The notes under the pieces were generated by a model. It saw only the letters and a list, made by a program, of their open reading frames with translations, did no database searches and had not been told where the DNA came from. A DNA stretch of 64,000 nucleotides from Lingula anatina (Eukaryota > Animalia > Brachiopoda): positions 28,090,848-28,154,847 of the forward strand of contig CM120643.1 of the NCBI GenBank assembly GCA_051362555.1, given 5' to 3'. Position numbers and translations under genes: made by a program. Each line of letters begins with the position of its first letter. Position 1 is the stretch's first letter. Of the stretch, positions 28,988-53,830 are shown piece by piece.

Positions 28988-31672
28988 TGTAGACGACGTT
29001 ACGCATACAATCACTGAATCATTTATTGTCTTATAGATAGCACAATTTGTTACAGTTTCGTTATCACATTGAACACCTTATCTCGTTTGTCCGTTGTGTA
29101 CGTTGGACTCTTGTACAAATATTATATGCTATCTAGGGTGACCGATCGGTATGGTTGCTACATATGTACTGAATTCTCTATATATCTCAACACACAAACA
29201 CACACCCATAATCACGTGACTGATTAGTGTTCGTATTACAAAGAGTTACCACAAGGTCATGTGACTTGGCGCACTAACATTCCCGGCTCCTTAACGCAAA
29301 CTAATTTAACTTAATTACGTTAGTGCACAGTTAAATTACAATATCCTATGAAAATAAACTGAACAACCGTTATGCCTTAACTCTAAAGATGCATTAATAT
29401 GCCTAAACCTTAAATCATTACTACTCTTAAATCTTTTACTTAACAGTCACCGTTACTTAACACCAAAATAGAAAATGTCATAAGTCTACATTTAAATGCA
29501 GATATAACTGATGGTTAACAATCTTTGTCATTTGCGACCAGTAAAATAAGTTTGTTCACTGTCCTACTTAAGTTGGAATTTTGTGTTTTAATAGTACAGT
29601 ACGCACTAGTCCATTGTTGTCCATCTCTACATCCTCAGCACGACCCATCGGCCATACATTTCGGGCCACGTTATCATCTTTTATGATAACTACATCTCCG
29701 ACTTTGAGATTTCTTTGCTGTTTATTCCATTTGTGACGCGTTTGAAGGTTCAGCAGGTATTCTTTGCGCCATCTGGACCAAAATACATTCGAAAGATACT
29801 GAACTTTTCGCCATCTCTTTCGCAGATATAAATCATGTTGCTGAAATACGCCTGGTGGGGGTACGTTAACATGTGATCTCGCAGTCAAAATGTGGTTTGG
29901 CGTTAGAGGCTCTGCATCGTCTGGATCTGAGGATATGCTGGTTATTGGCCGAGAATTCATTATTGCTTCCACTTCACACAGAAATGTATGCAAGCAATCA
30001 GTGTCCATACAAGTTCCATATTCATGCAACAAACCAGATAATACTTTCCTAACTGAACGAATCATACGCTCCAACGATCCGCCCATATTACTTGCCGTAG
30101 GCGGATTGAAATGCCAGTCAACTCCAGCTTTGCACATATCGTTGTGAATGATGCCATGATTCATGTCTTCAATTGCCTGCTGAAGTTCTTTGTGAGCACC
30201 TCTGAAGTTGGTTCCGTTATCACTCCATAGTTCTATAACGTTCCCCCGACGTGCAATAAAACGCCGCAAAACATTTATAAATGTGTCCGTTTCAAGATTG
30301 ATCGCTACCTCCAAATGTACGGCTCGACTTGCTAAACACGTAAAAAGGACGCCATAGCGTTTTACTTCTTTCCGACCCTCTTTGATAATAAATGGTCCAA
30401 AATAATCGACTCCAGAACGGTTAAATAGAGGCATTGTATCATCAACTCTGCAAACTGGTAGATTGGACATTTTTTGCTCTTGTGTTACACCTCTGGTACG
30501 GCGACAGATAACACACGTTGACAACACTGAACGCACTGACGCATTACCTTTTATGACCCAGTACTTGTTGCGGAGACTGGCGAGCACATGATTACGGCCT
30601 GCATGTCCGAGGGTTGCGTGTGCCTCACGAATCACTAGTGTTGTCACATGGCATTTGCGAGGTAAAATGATCGGATGCTTGGTATGCTCTGGTATATTTG
30701 CACGAGCTAGCCTCCCTCCTACTCTCAAAACACCATCCTCCAAGAAAGGATCCAACTTATAGAGACTACTAGATCGTGGAAGTAACTTTACCCGGCTCCG
30801 TGTTGATCCCGATTCTGCCATAGAAAGCTGGGTCACTTCAGCATTGTAAATTCCCTTGTGTAACCACCGTACGATTTTGAGCTCTGCTTCTTCAATGTCT
30901 CTGACACCAATTGTTGAAGAAAACGCCGTTAACCTTGACTGGGATTTCAACTGAAGATACCGTAACATCTTTGTATAAACAGCAACGGCCTTCCTCAGCT
31001 TATACCAACTGGAAAAGTGATGAACTAATCGAGAAAACGGTTCCTCAGGGTCTTCCCTTACAGTGACAGATGTATAGAAACCACAATGCTGAAACACATC
31101 ACTTGCTCTGTCATCCTGCAATTGTAGATTATCGTTGCTATCGATGACATTCAGTGGCCAGGTATCCTCATCACCTTGTAAGAATTCTGGACCTTGTAAC
31201 CACCTTGAACTTGAAAGCAGTTGCTCAACAGAAATACCTCGTGAAGCTTCATCCGCCGTATTTTTTGAGGATGGGACGTACCTCCACTGCTCAACTTCAG
31301 AAAAATCTCGTATAAACTGCACCCTGTTCGCAACATAAATTGGAAATCGCTTGGTCTCACTGCGTATGAAACGAAGAACCGTAACCGAATCTGTATGAAA
31401 ATAAACATTCAGGCTCTGATCAAGTTCTCGTTGAATCAATTTAGCTATGCGCACTGACGTCACTGCTGCTGTGAGCTCAAGTCTAGGAATTGTCGTGGCC
31501 TTGATTGGTGCCAGTCTAGCTTTGCCTGCAACAAAAGCTACGGAGACTTTTCCCGACTGATCCTTGCTCCGCAAGTATGCAACTGACCCATATCCGGTTG
31601 AACTAGCGTCAGAAAAAACGTGCAGCTGTACCTCATCAGAAGCATGCGTTGACTTAAAGCAGCGGTGACGTC
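28988..31672 (-). mobile_element. 5'-truncated BEL/Pao LTR retrotransposon (3' LTR, PPT and 3' half of pol)
   Basis: LTR 28988-29279 (minus strand TGTTAG...CTACA, contains AATAAA). Purine-rich tract GGAGCCGGGAAA adjacent at 29280-29291. Pol ORF follows. Confidence 0.9.
29568..31665 (-). CDS. BEL/Pao polyprotein fragment: RNase H, integrase (HHCC zinc finger + DDE), DUF5641-type C-terminus
   Basis: LHVFSDAS..GYGSVAYLR; KARLAPIK.TTIPRLEL; H...GH...CVIC; GVDYFGPF; WSDNGTNF; ERMIRSV; FWSRWRKEYL..L..R.KW. The frame stays open upstream of the tracked start at 31574. Confidence 0.93.
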
Positions 31673-32589
31673 AGAATTCAGTACATATGTAGCAACCATA
31701 CCGATCGGTCACCCTAGATAGCATATAATATTTGTACTTATATTGTAGACGACGTTACGCATACAATCACTGAGGTATCCAAATTTTCACACATTTCTTT
31801 GTGTGGCGCCAGCTGAAAGATCGCCGTTTAAGTCCTCGTTTAAAAGCTTTCAGATATCATATATTTAAGAAACATATGTTGGGCCCTGTGACTATTTCAT
31901 ACTTAAATTTGTGATATTTATTTAGGGTAACAATTATTATACTTTGGACAAAGTGCCCTCCACCTGGATAGACGGTGCTGAGTCATTTTAATGATAAAAA
32001 TAGACCAAAACTTCTTATTTCCAGGGCATATGTCTCTCAACTAAAAATCTCAACTAAAAAAAAGGTACAGCGATTTGTATTATATTCATAGATCGATAGA
32101 ACTATCCTATATATGTTGATGTTCATGACAATTAAGCTCATGAGTTTACTCCCCGCTGTGTCAGGTGAGCTTAGGTATTATGGTGAGGGTAGGGTCTCAA
32201 AGTGATTTGGGGGAGGGTTGAGAAAAATCATAAAACAGCTTGATTGTGATGTTAGATGTTTGTTCTAATCAAATATGCACTAATGTCAAGCGTTATATCA
32301 TTAAAAAAATTATTCTCATGTATATGTGTACCATATTTCAAGGACAGTGGTCAACTTTGGGCAAAACCAGTGCAAATAGTGTACTCCCCATATTGTTTCC
32401 ATTTTACTTCACAGAGGTTCAAAAGTTCTTAGGACACAAATTCACACCGATTTTCATTAACATCTGTTGAATCCTACCTTGACACTATAAAGGTAAATTC
32501 AAATGTTGTCATAGTCAATGCACAATTCAAATTAAGTTGAAGGGACCTGTTTTTCCAAGAAGAATTTAAATGGATGTCTTCCATATTTG

Positions 32590-32845
32590 GAATTCTAGAG
32601 GCAGTGATAAATAGTCCACTGGTGTCTAATACGGCCCCTTCAAATGTTAACAAAGTTGATCAACAATTCAAACTAAGTAGAAGCTAGGAACCTGTTTTTT
32701 TTCCAAGAAGAATTAAAACGGATGTATTCAATACAAGTATCTCCAGAAGAAGTACTAAATAGTCCACTGACGTCTACCACGTTTACTTCAGCAGGCCTAA
32801 AAACACCGTAGAGGAGGAATTTTCCTATTTTGTGATTCAGTAAGT
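32590..32845 (+). promoter_or_regulatory. Candidate promoter and non-coding first exon of SRCR gene 2
   Basis: The signal exon has an acceptor upstream of the ATG, so a 5' exon must exist. The GTAAGT donor at 32840 is conserved at 58694 upstream of gene 3, and it is preceded by a duplicated TAAATAGTCCACTG motif. Confidence 0.35.
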
Positions 32846-33420
32846 AAAATGAGTTGCGTGTAACAAGATGAACGTATGATGTATAGAACAATGTAATTAT
32901 CTCAACTTCAGATCCAATTTTGATTTCAATGTTTTGCATCATTTTATGATGCCAATGTTTTATAATTATAATATAACTTACTAAAAGAAAAATATGTTTA
33001 AATACGCAGATATTTAAGAGCAGTACCTTGCTTGTGTGTACATTTACAGGATTGTGAATTAAAACGAGAAAACGGCCATTAAAGGAGAACATTAAGTTTC
33101 ATTTAATATAACAAGACAAGTCACGCGTAATAATTAGTGTGGAAGCGTTGTTAGTTTAAGTACAACCTAACCTAATGGACATTAAGAAAAACATTTACAA
33201 ATGTAAAATGTAAGTTTGACAACAAATTTAAGATGAAAACTCTATTTTGATGAAACACTAAGGTTTTAAAGTCATTGGCATTGGAGGGGCTGGATCTGGT
33301 TCGCAAATAACAACCCTACTGTTGGATTGGCTGTAGCATTATGAAGTAGCATTATCATAATGAAGTAGCATTATCATGAGAACAGTATCATTGCCCACTT
33401 GTTGGTTCCTGGCGGTGAAC

Positions 33421-35581
33421 ACCGGTGTCAAGCAACGCAGAGTCCTACCATTCTAGGGTCCGGCGGACCCGGTGTTTTAAAACTGAGAGTCCGGCGGACT
33501 CCTTGTCTCGAAATAACGGATCCCGGACTCTATGTTCTGAAATGTAGAGTCCCCTTAGACACTCTATTTCAGTACAGAAAGTCATAGGACCCTACGTTTT
33601 ATTACTGACAGTCCGCACTGAGGAGTAAAAATTAAAAATATTATTCTTATAACATGCAATTTGAATATGATTTTGAACATGATGAAGAAAGATATGGAGT
33701 GAAAAACTATGAAGGTTAAAGGTTAAATAAGCATGATTACTCTCCGTAAATAATTAAAACGTACTATAAATTTGTATTATTGGCATTTCATAAACTTTAA
33801 TTGGCTCTATTTAGCCTATAAATGCAATTTTAAAAGTCAGGAAAATATTTAATTGAATTCTTCATATTTATAGCAAATCCAACAAAACACTAGCTGTTGT
33901 TTTCCCATTATTATTTTTTTCAAAAAGTAAATGAAAAGTGGGGATAATTAAATGAAAAGGGTAATAACTTTGCATTCTTGTGCCCGTGGGATTTTGACTC
34001 CCCTTGGTTACGAATAAAAATGAATATTTTTCCTGATTTTTTACCACCAAATATTTTAACATCGACTTTTCAAATATTTTCATTATATTATTCATACGGT
34101 ATACTAAAAGGAATGTTGATGTTGAAATGATCACCAACTATCAAATAAATAGCTCTTTCATAGGGGAGTCATTGGGTGGTAAAATACATACTTTTAATTT
34201 GGTTTTCATGAAAAAATTCACCTGCAAACTAACAAAGTGTCAATATTTCCTCCATTATGCATACTTCAAGATAAAAGTCTTATATTCAAATAAAATAACA
34301 ATTATTGAGTTTTGTGGGGGTGGGGGTAAAAATTTATCTTGGGGGAGTCTGATTTTCATTATGAAATTTTGACTGGGGAGTCTGATTTTTATTATGGGGA
34401 TCAAGTCACCTTTTAGGGGAGTCAATTTTCATGGTACACCTACCATGTTGAAAATAAAGCAGTATTGCTTGAAAATCCATGATGACAGTGTAGGGCATCG
34501 CGAGCAGCTAGCCATTTTATATCTTGAGAACCATGAAATACATTCCTTTTGGGTTGATTCAATTTATATATAGGTCATTTATTTTATTTGAATATAAGTT
34601 ATTTAAACTGTAAAAAAAATTAAATGAGTATATTTTCAATGACATTTAATAATAAATGAATTCCGTCCGTTTCAAGAAAACATATTTTGCACAGCTTAAC
34701 ACTGATGCACTGTATAACGCTTGCTGCCACACACTTCAGTGGTAGTCATTGTAAGTCAGGCGTATAGTTTAAAGAAAAGAAAAGTTTTGCACAGCTAAGC
34801 ATAGCTGCATTGTGTATGACTAGCTTACACATATTTATGAGTGGTAGTCAAATAAGTCACGCATATAGGGGGCCTAGTCCAAACAATCACAAGGCAATGG
34901 AATATCTGTGAAAAACCTTCAATGAAAAAGAAATGAAATGTAATGTACAGTGTGTATAAAACATTTTACTGCGAAATGACACACAATGAGGTTACAATTA
35001 GTTAAATATTTTACTTTAATTATAAGTGATAATTGATAATTATAAGTGATAATTTTAAGTGGAAAATAAGAGTAAGAAATAGGAGGTACACGAAATTCAA
35101 ATCCATTGGGGGACTCGAACCGATGTCTGGTAGACTGCCACATTCATCCCGTAGTAGGCTCTCCGCCCGTGTCGATCTCCACTACACCACCAAGTCGTTG
35201 TGCCTCCGTTTTGTTATATTATATTTAACTTGCATAAAAGGTTTGCTTTATTATAATACTATTATGCCCAGATTGTGAATATAAAGAGTTTTTACTGAAT
35301 GTCGACTGTTCTACAGTAGGACCCTAGTTTTCAGACCCTGTGTGATATACACTTTTTCTGTATGACGGGCAGACTCGGTGTTTCCTGATAGCTATGAAAC
35401 GTAGGGTCCGGTTAAATACAGGGTCCTAGTGACCCTGTATACTACATGTATACCTAATTACCATGATACAGAGTCCGAGACCCGTTATTTCAGAAACCAG
35501 CTGTCCGTAGGACCCCTGGTTTCTGAAATAATAGGCCCAGGACTTTCTGTCATGGGGGACCTTCTGGTACATGACACCGGT
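33421..35581. mobile_element. Non-autonomous TIR element, 2.16 kb, superfamily unassigned
   Basis: Termini ACCGGTGTCA / TGACACCGGT and mirrored subterminal GGGTCC/GGACCC motifs; not present in the paralogous region. No clear TSD. Confidence 0.55.
35107..35197 (-). other. tRNA-derived (SINE-head-like) Pol III A/B box segment
   Basis: Minus strand: A box TGGTGTAGTGG and B box GGTTCGAGTCC; the middle does not fold as a cloverleaf. Confidence 0.45.
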
Positions 35582-36163
35582 CTCCTTACAGTAACCCTGC
35601 TAATATAAAGGCGATTGTGCAGAGGTCGCCTGACGATAAACTCTGAAGCATGGTTGCCCTTTCTTGTAAAATGTTGAAGTCAAGTCCCTAAATGTCATGA
35701 AGTGTTTTCTGCATGGAAGGTGCATGTTGAGTGTGGTTTCCTAGACATTATTGGTGTTAGAGTATTTCAATGACCACGTTAGGAAAGACTGTTTTACAGG
35801 TATTACTTACATCTCCAATTTACACGATGATCAGTAGCCTGTTTGTTATGCAATGACATACATGGGTACCCTTGCCGGAGTGTAGATTAACGCGGCAGGG
35901 ATGACCCTTTTGGCTAGGGGAGTATATACATCAACTACGCCATAGTTAATAACTTTCACAGGGAACTGATTTTACAAATATTTGACATTGCCTTATTCTC
36001 ATTTTCAGTTTTGTATTCCGATTTTCTTTTCTTTCTTTTTAAATCCATCTTCTCGTAATACTAGTATACATCAGTATCAATGATTTATTTATTTTTTATC
36101 ATTTATGTGCTATATATGTACATGTAATAATAATTTGTTTCCTCTTTTCTTTCAGGCTTCCAA

Positions 36164-48999
<12,836 letters not shown>

Positions 49000-49959
49000 G
49001 AACCTATAGGCAAATGTCAATAAGAGCAAGGCTTTTTAGACATACTGTAAAACTCCTTACACGAATGATTGTTCTCTGCCCTAGCTACCAAGTTGTGTTC
49101 AACTTTTGAGATTGTAGATATACATGGTTTCACGAGATGGCCGCCAAATCCTATAAAGAAATATAATTACCATTAAAACTTTTCCCTAATACATTTTCCT
49201 TTACTTCTACGTCAGAGTCGGGGTTATGTGATGGGACAGTATAGGACAAAATGATACACTCCCCCAACAAGAAAATGCCACACTCATGCACAGAAACAAG
49301 TCATATAGCAATGCCAATGCCTGATTTTTAATTGAACTTATTGAATAGTTTTTTCACGAAATTGTACAAATTGAACAACCAATGAATCAGCTGAACATCG
49401 AAAAAGTCAAAACCACATCTTAGTATTTTGTTCCCTGGATTGGGGAACACACATGACACGTCTGTGCATGGGGATAAATTAGTGGCGGCATTCCACATAC
49501 GGCGCAGAGATAGTTTATGATCATTTATGATTGGAGGGTTATCCTTTAGAAAATACTCTCCCGAGAGTATCATTTTTCGCTGATGTTACGATCTAGGGAT
49601 AGCGGTGGTTATAAAACTGGTTGATCAATATATATTTTTACTAAGTTTCCTTTTATATTCCCTTTCTTCCTTTCTCCTTTACTATCCGAAAAGGGGAGGG
49701 GGTTCTTTGGTATCTTCACCAACCTGGGTGGTTATTTTAGGCAAGTACTGGCACACCTCTAACCTCCCCCTCCACTCCGACCAGGGGTATGCCCTCATTG
49801 CCTTACTGGCGGCTAAGTATTGGCCAGCGGCTATATATGGAGTGAACTCTACAGTAAATCCACGATGGGGAAACGTTCGGTAACCTGTTGATACAGAGAA
49901 ATTACCGCGATTGGCAGCTCGTGCATGCGGCCTGTTGAAGTGCTAAAACACATTTTATG

Positions 49960-50914
49960 TGCAGATGGATAGTCTTGCTATCATAGACAAAAAGTAGGAC
50001 TTCAGACTCTTCTAAGCAACCTTGGAAATTATTGTAAGCATTGGAAATTAAAAGTTAATGCAAACAAATAAAAATAATAGTATTCAACAAACCTGGCAGA
50101 ATTGAGCCGGGCACTTTTTTTCATAAATAGCAGACCGATAGAAACGGTCAAACAATACTTATACCTAGGGATGGTCCTTACTAACACAGGTTCACAAAAA
50201 ATATTAGATCTAAGATAGAATATCTCAAGCAAAAAGCCCTGAAAGCCATATTTACACTAAAGGGAATGCTAGCATCACAGGAAATTTCCTCACCCATACT
50301 TACCATAAATCTTTCCAACAATATGATTAGACCCATTCTCGTATATGGATGGGAAATCTGGGCTCAAGAAATCTTCTCAGGAAAAGAATGCCATTAAATA
50401 TAATAAACAAAATACCCTTTGAGCAAATACACTTAAAGATGTTGTAAATGGGCACTTGGTGTGAGAAGGTCAGCCAGCAATAATGCCTGCAGAACTTTGG
50501 GCGTCTCCCATTACACTTGGCTGAATAACCTCCCAGAGCAAAGAATTATCAAGCAAGCGTACAACAGATAACAAATAAAAAGGGAAAATAACTGGGTTTG
50601 GGCAACGTCAAACTTGGCTTCATGTTGGGGACTAAACCATTTAAATTCCACCACAACTGACAATAAAATTCACATTCACCAAAATGTAGAGAGTGAAAAA
50701 GCCATCAAAATAAAATCAGATTTTTGGGAAGACTTGCACAGAGAGGAAAATTAAGCTAAGGACATACAGAAAAAATAAAAATCAATATAATCCTGAACCA
50801 TACTTAACAATGAATATTTCAAGTACCTACAAAAAATATTTTGGCAAAAATGCGAATAATTGACAACGATCTAGAAATTGAATGAGGGCGACATACAAAC
50901 CCAAAAATACAACT
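49960..50914 (+). mobile_element. Degraded LINE fragment (RT C-terminal region, CR1/L2-group-like)
   Basis: Broken frames ETVKQYLYLGMVLTNTGS, MIRPILVYGWEIW, KLRTY and DLEIE*GRH; absent in the paralogous spacer. Confidence 0.7.
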
Positions 50915-51315
50915 ATACTTACATTATTGGCAGCATTTGATTTAACTTCGTCACAAGAAAACAACTATCAATGGGACAGTGAATGAAAATATAGTACGAT
51001 TGTATGAGGTTCACCTCTAGGTTAATTTACTGTAAATATTTGGTTTTAATTTTGTGCCAATTTGATAAATTATGGTTGGATTGATTATTTTTAATTAAGA
51101 AATTCTGTTTATCATTTATTTGGAATGTTTTATGCCTTCTTGTTCTATAAATAAGATTTGATGTTTTTCTTCCCATTCTCAGTTTGCAGCATCTAAAATT
51201 AAGCAATTCACATGTGCGGGATCAGGTCCGAGCTCGTGTAAACACACTGTTTATCACACATTTTGTTCACAAACTGGCATACAATTAACAGTACCGAGAC
51301 ATTACTGCACACAGG
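50915..51315 (+). pseudogene. Damaged gene for a small Cys-rich peptide (copy 2)
   Basis: 50915-50993 encodes ILTLLAAFDLTSSQENNYQWDSE*KY; its 5' part is replaced by a LINE. Clean 126-nt phase 1-1 exon 51190-51315 (tttgcag|...CAGG|gtaag) encodes SKIKQFTCAGSGPSSCKHTVYHTFCSQTGIQLTVPRHYCTQ. No terminal exon was found. Confidence 0.55.
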
Positions 51316-52709
51316 GTAAGAATATTCATTAAAATTATAAGATGTTCAATAAGAAGTTATCAAAGGACCTTGTTCACGTAACTGACTCAAAAATTAGAAG
51401 CAATTATTTTTTCTTACTTTATTCAAGCAGTGATCAAACTATATATATATATGTATCATACCGTAATCCTTATTGCTCATTTATTTAAATCGCATCAAAA
51501 CGTTTGATACACAATGTTCATTAATGTCATAATTTTGGCGATTTATTGAAACCATATTTGTACAAAGTAGGTTAGTATAAGTAAAGCAACAACCAGTATG
51601 AAGAACAACTCCCTTTTTATGTGAGGCAAGATACCCTATTCACACTGATTATAACCTTGATAAAGACATTACGCAACAAGGCAAAGGAGTTATGCAAAGT
51701 TCTTTCAACTCGTGTGTAAAAAAATCACAATCTTTGTCACTTTTACAAGCCAATGGAGGCAAGCAAGTGGAGTAATTACAATATACAATAAAAAGGACAT
51801 TAAATTAGAAAGCTTACTTCGGGTCAGCCCTTTGCTTGTTTGAAGGAAAGAGATAGATATCGCGACCCGACTCCCTTTATTAAACCTTCGTGTGTTTGTG
51901 TAAAAGTGTGAAAGACAGGCAACGGTCTTGAGTCGCTGTTGATATTGTTTGCAATTAATATTGAAGTATACCTCCTTCGCCTGTATGTAAACGTGTTACT
52001 TTTCCTCATGTAGCTAACTGCAGTTAAAATTGTGCCAGCCCAAGAAGTTATATTTACAGCTTCTTGGCCAGCTGTTATTTGATTTAATTTTGCTATGTGG
52101 GACGTTGTGGACCAGCTGTCTGGTTCATTGACTCATTTCTTTTCTGAAGATCGATGCAGAATTTTGGTGCTCCTAACAAGAGAGAGTGGAAGGGAAAGAA
52201 ACAGAGAGAGTGTCAAATAAAATGGGTAATATGCGTAATACAATATGGTACTTAAATATAAGGGACCCAAGGTGGAAGAAACGATAGACTGTTTCAAATC
52301 AAGGTGTGCCATTATAATCAGTACATGACCCTTACATGATGATGTATTATCACTTTTTTGGAATAAACATCAATTTTTAATTTGATCTTCAAGAAATCGT
52401 TTTGGTTTAAATAACACAGCAACCTATTAGGCAATTCCTTTAAAAAATCCTTTTGATGTTGTACCCCCACCCCCATTTCTTTTGCTGTGTTAAAAATCCC
52501 CCGTTTCTCACAAAACATTGAGACTAATGTGGTAAAAGTATTGAAAATAAATAAGTTTTTTATAAACATGGTAATAAAAGCTAATATGTAGCAGTGGGGA
52601 AATGATAATCGAAGACCAATGTGCACCAGGGGAAAAGGCTGACTATAACTAATCTAATAACTTCTCGCTTTTACATTATACATGTAGTACTGTTAATTGT
52701 GACGTCGCT

Positions 52710-53830
52710 TAAAGAGGAGGGAGGTCTTACTATAGCTCGCAATCTATTGTTAAAAGCGATTGTTATCATTTTTGTTATCATTTCTCAACCAATCTAAAAC
52801 CATGCCTTTACAATTACTGCGTGTCCGGCTGCCGTAAAGAAAGGTATGGTCGAACAGATATTGCTATATTACAATTCACTATTGACCTGTTTTAGATCAC
52901 TGTAGCTTGGACATAATAAAATCATGCCCAAGACTTTAGTAAGAAAGCATACGTGCGACACAGGGTAATAACAGTCAAATATAAAATTGACATCTTATTG
53001 TTTAGATACACATAAATATAACTTTATAAGAGCTAAGCATTAAGCCTCGACAAACTAACGTCCAATTTAAACAACAACGAGAAAAAAGGGCGCCCTGTTA
53101 TAGTTATGAGACAAATTGCTAAATCCCCCCCCCCTTTCTAAGAGCGCACAATGGGTAATGAGATGATAATATTCAACAATAAAGGAGAAGGTTTATATAA
53201 ACAACAGAAAAGGCGAAAATTTCTAGTAGTGGCGCAAGGACTCCAGCGTGCAACAGGGGGGAAACTGACAGTGTGATCACACTATGTATGACAATGTATG
53301 ACAACGGTTTAAGAGAAGGGGGGTCTTACTATAGCTCGCAATCTATTGTTAAACGCGATCGTTATCATTTCTCAAACAAGATAAAACCATGCCTTTAAAT
53401 TTACTGTGTGTCCGGCTGCCGTGGAGGTCCTGTCGAACAGATTTTGCTATATTAAAATACACTAGCGACCAGTTTTAGATCACTGTAGTAAGAAAGCATA
53501 CGCGCGACACCGGGTAATAACAGTCGAGTATGAAATTGCCATCTTATTTTTATATGCACATCAATGTAACGTTATTAGAGCTAAGCATTAAACCTCGACA
53601 AACTGACGTCCATTTTTAAACAACAACGAGAAAAAAGGGTGCACATAAATATAACGTTATAAGAGCTAAGCATTAAACCTCGACAAACTAACGTCCATTT
53701 TTAAACAACAACCAGAAAAAGGTTGCCATGTCATAATTATGAGCTGACAAATTGCTTTAAAACTTATTCTGTTGTGGGAAATAATCACCCGTTTCACAGA
53801 GCGCACAATGGAAAATGAGAAAACCAGGCC
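52710..53830. repeat. Tandem duplication with ~600-bp period, plus an internal ~85-bp duplication
   Basis: ggtcttactatagctcgcaatctattgttaaa at ~52723 and ~53322, with colinear sequence downstream. Confidence 0.8.

Noticed and set aside
31744-31773. Second (5') LTR of the BEL element
   Set aside because: Only about 30 bp of LTR, it includes flank bases from the other end, and gag/RT and the PBS are missing. It is better explained as a templated patch.
35107-35197. Functional tRNA gene
   Set aside because: A and B boxes are present, but there is no convincing acceptor or anticodon stem.
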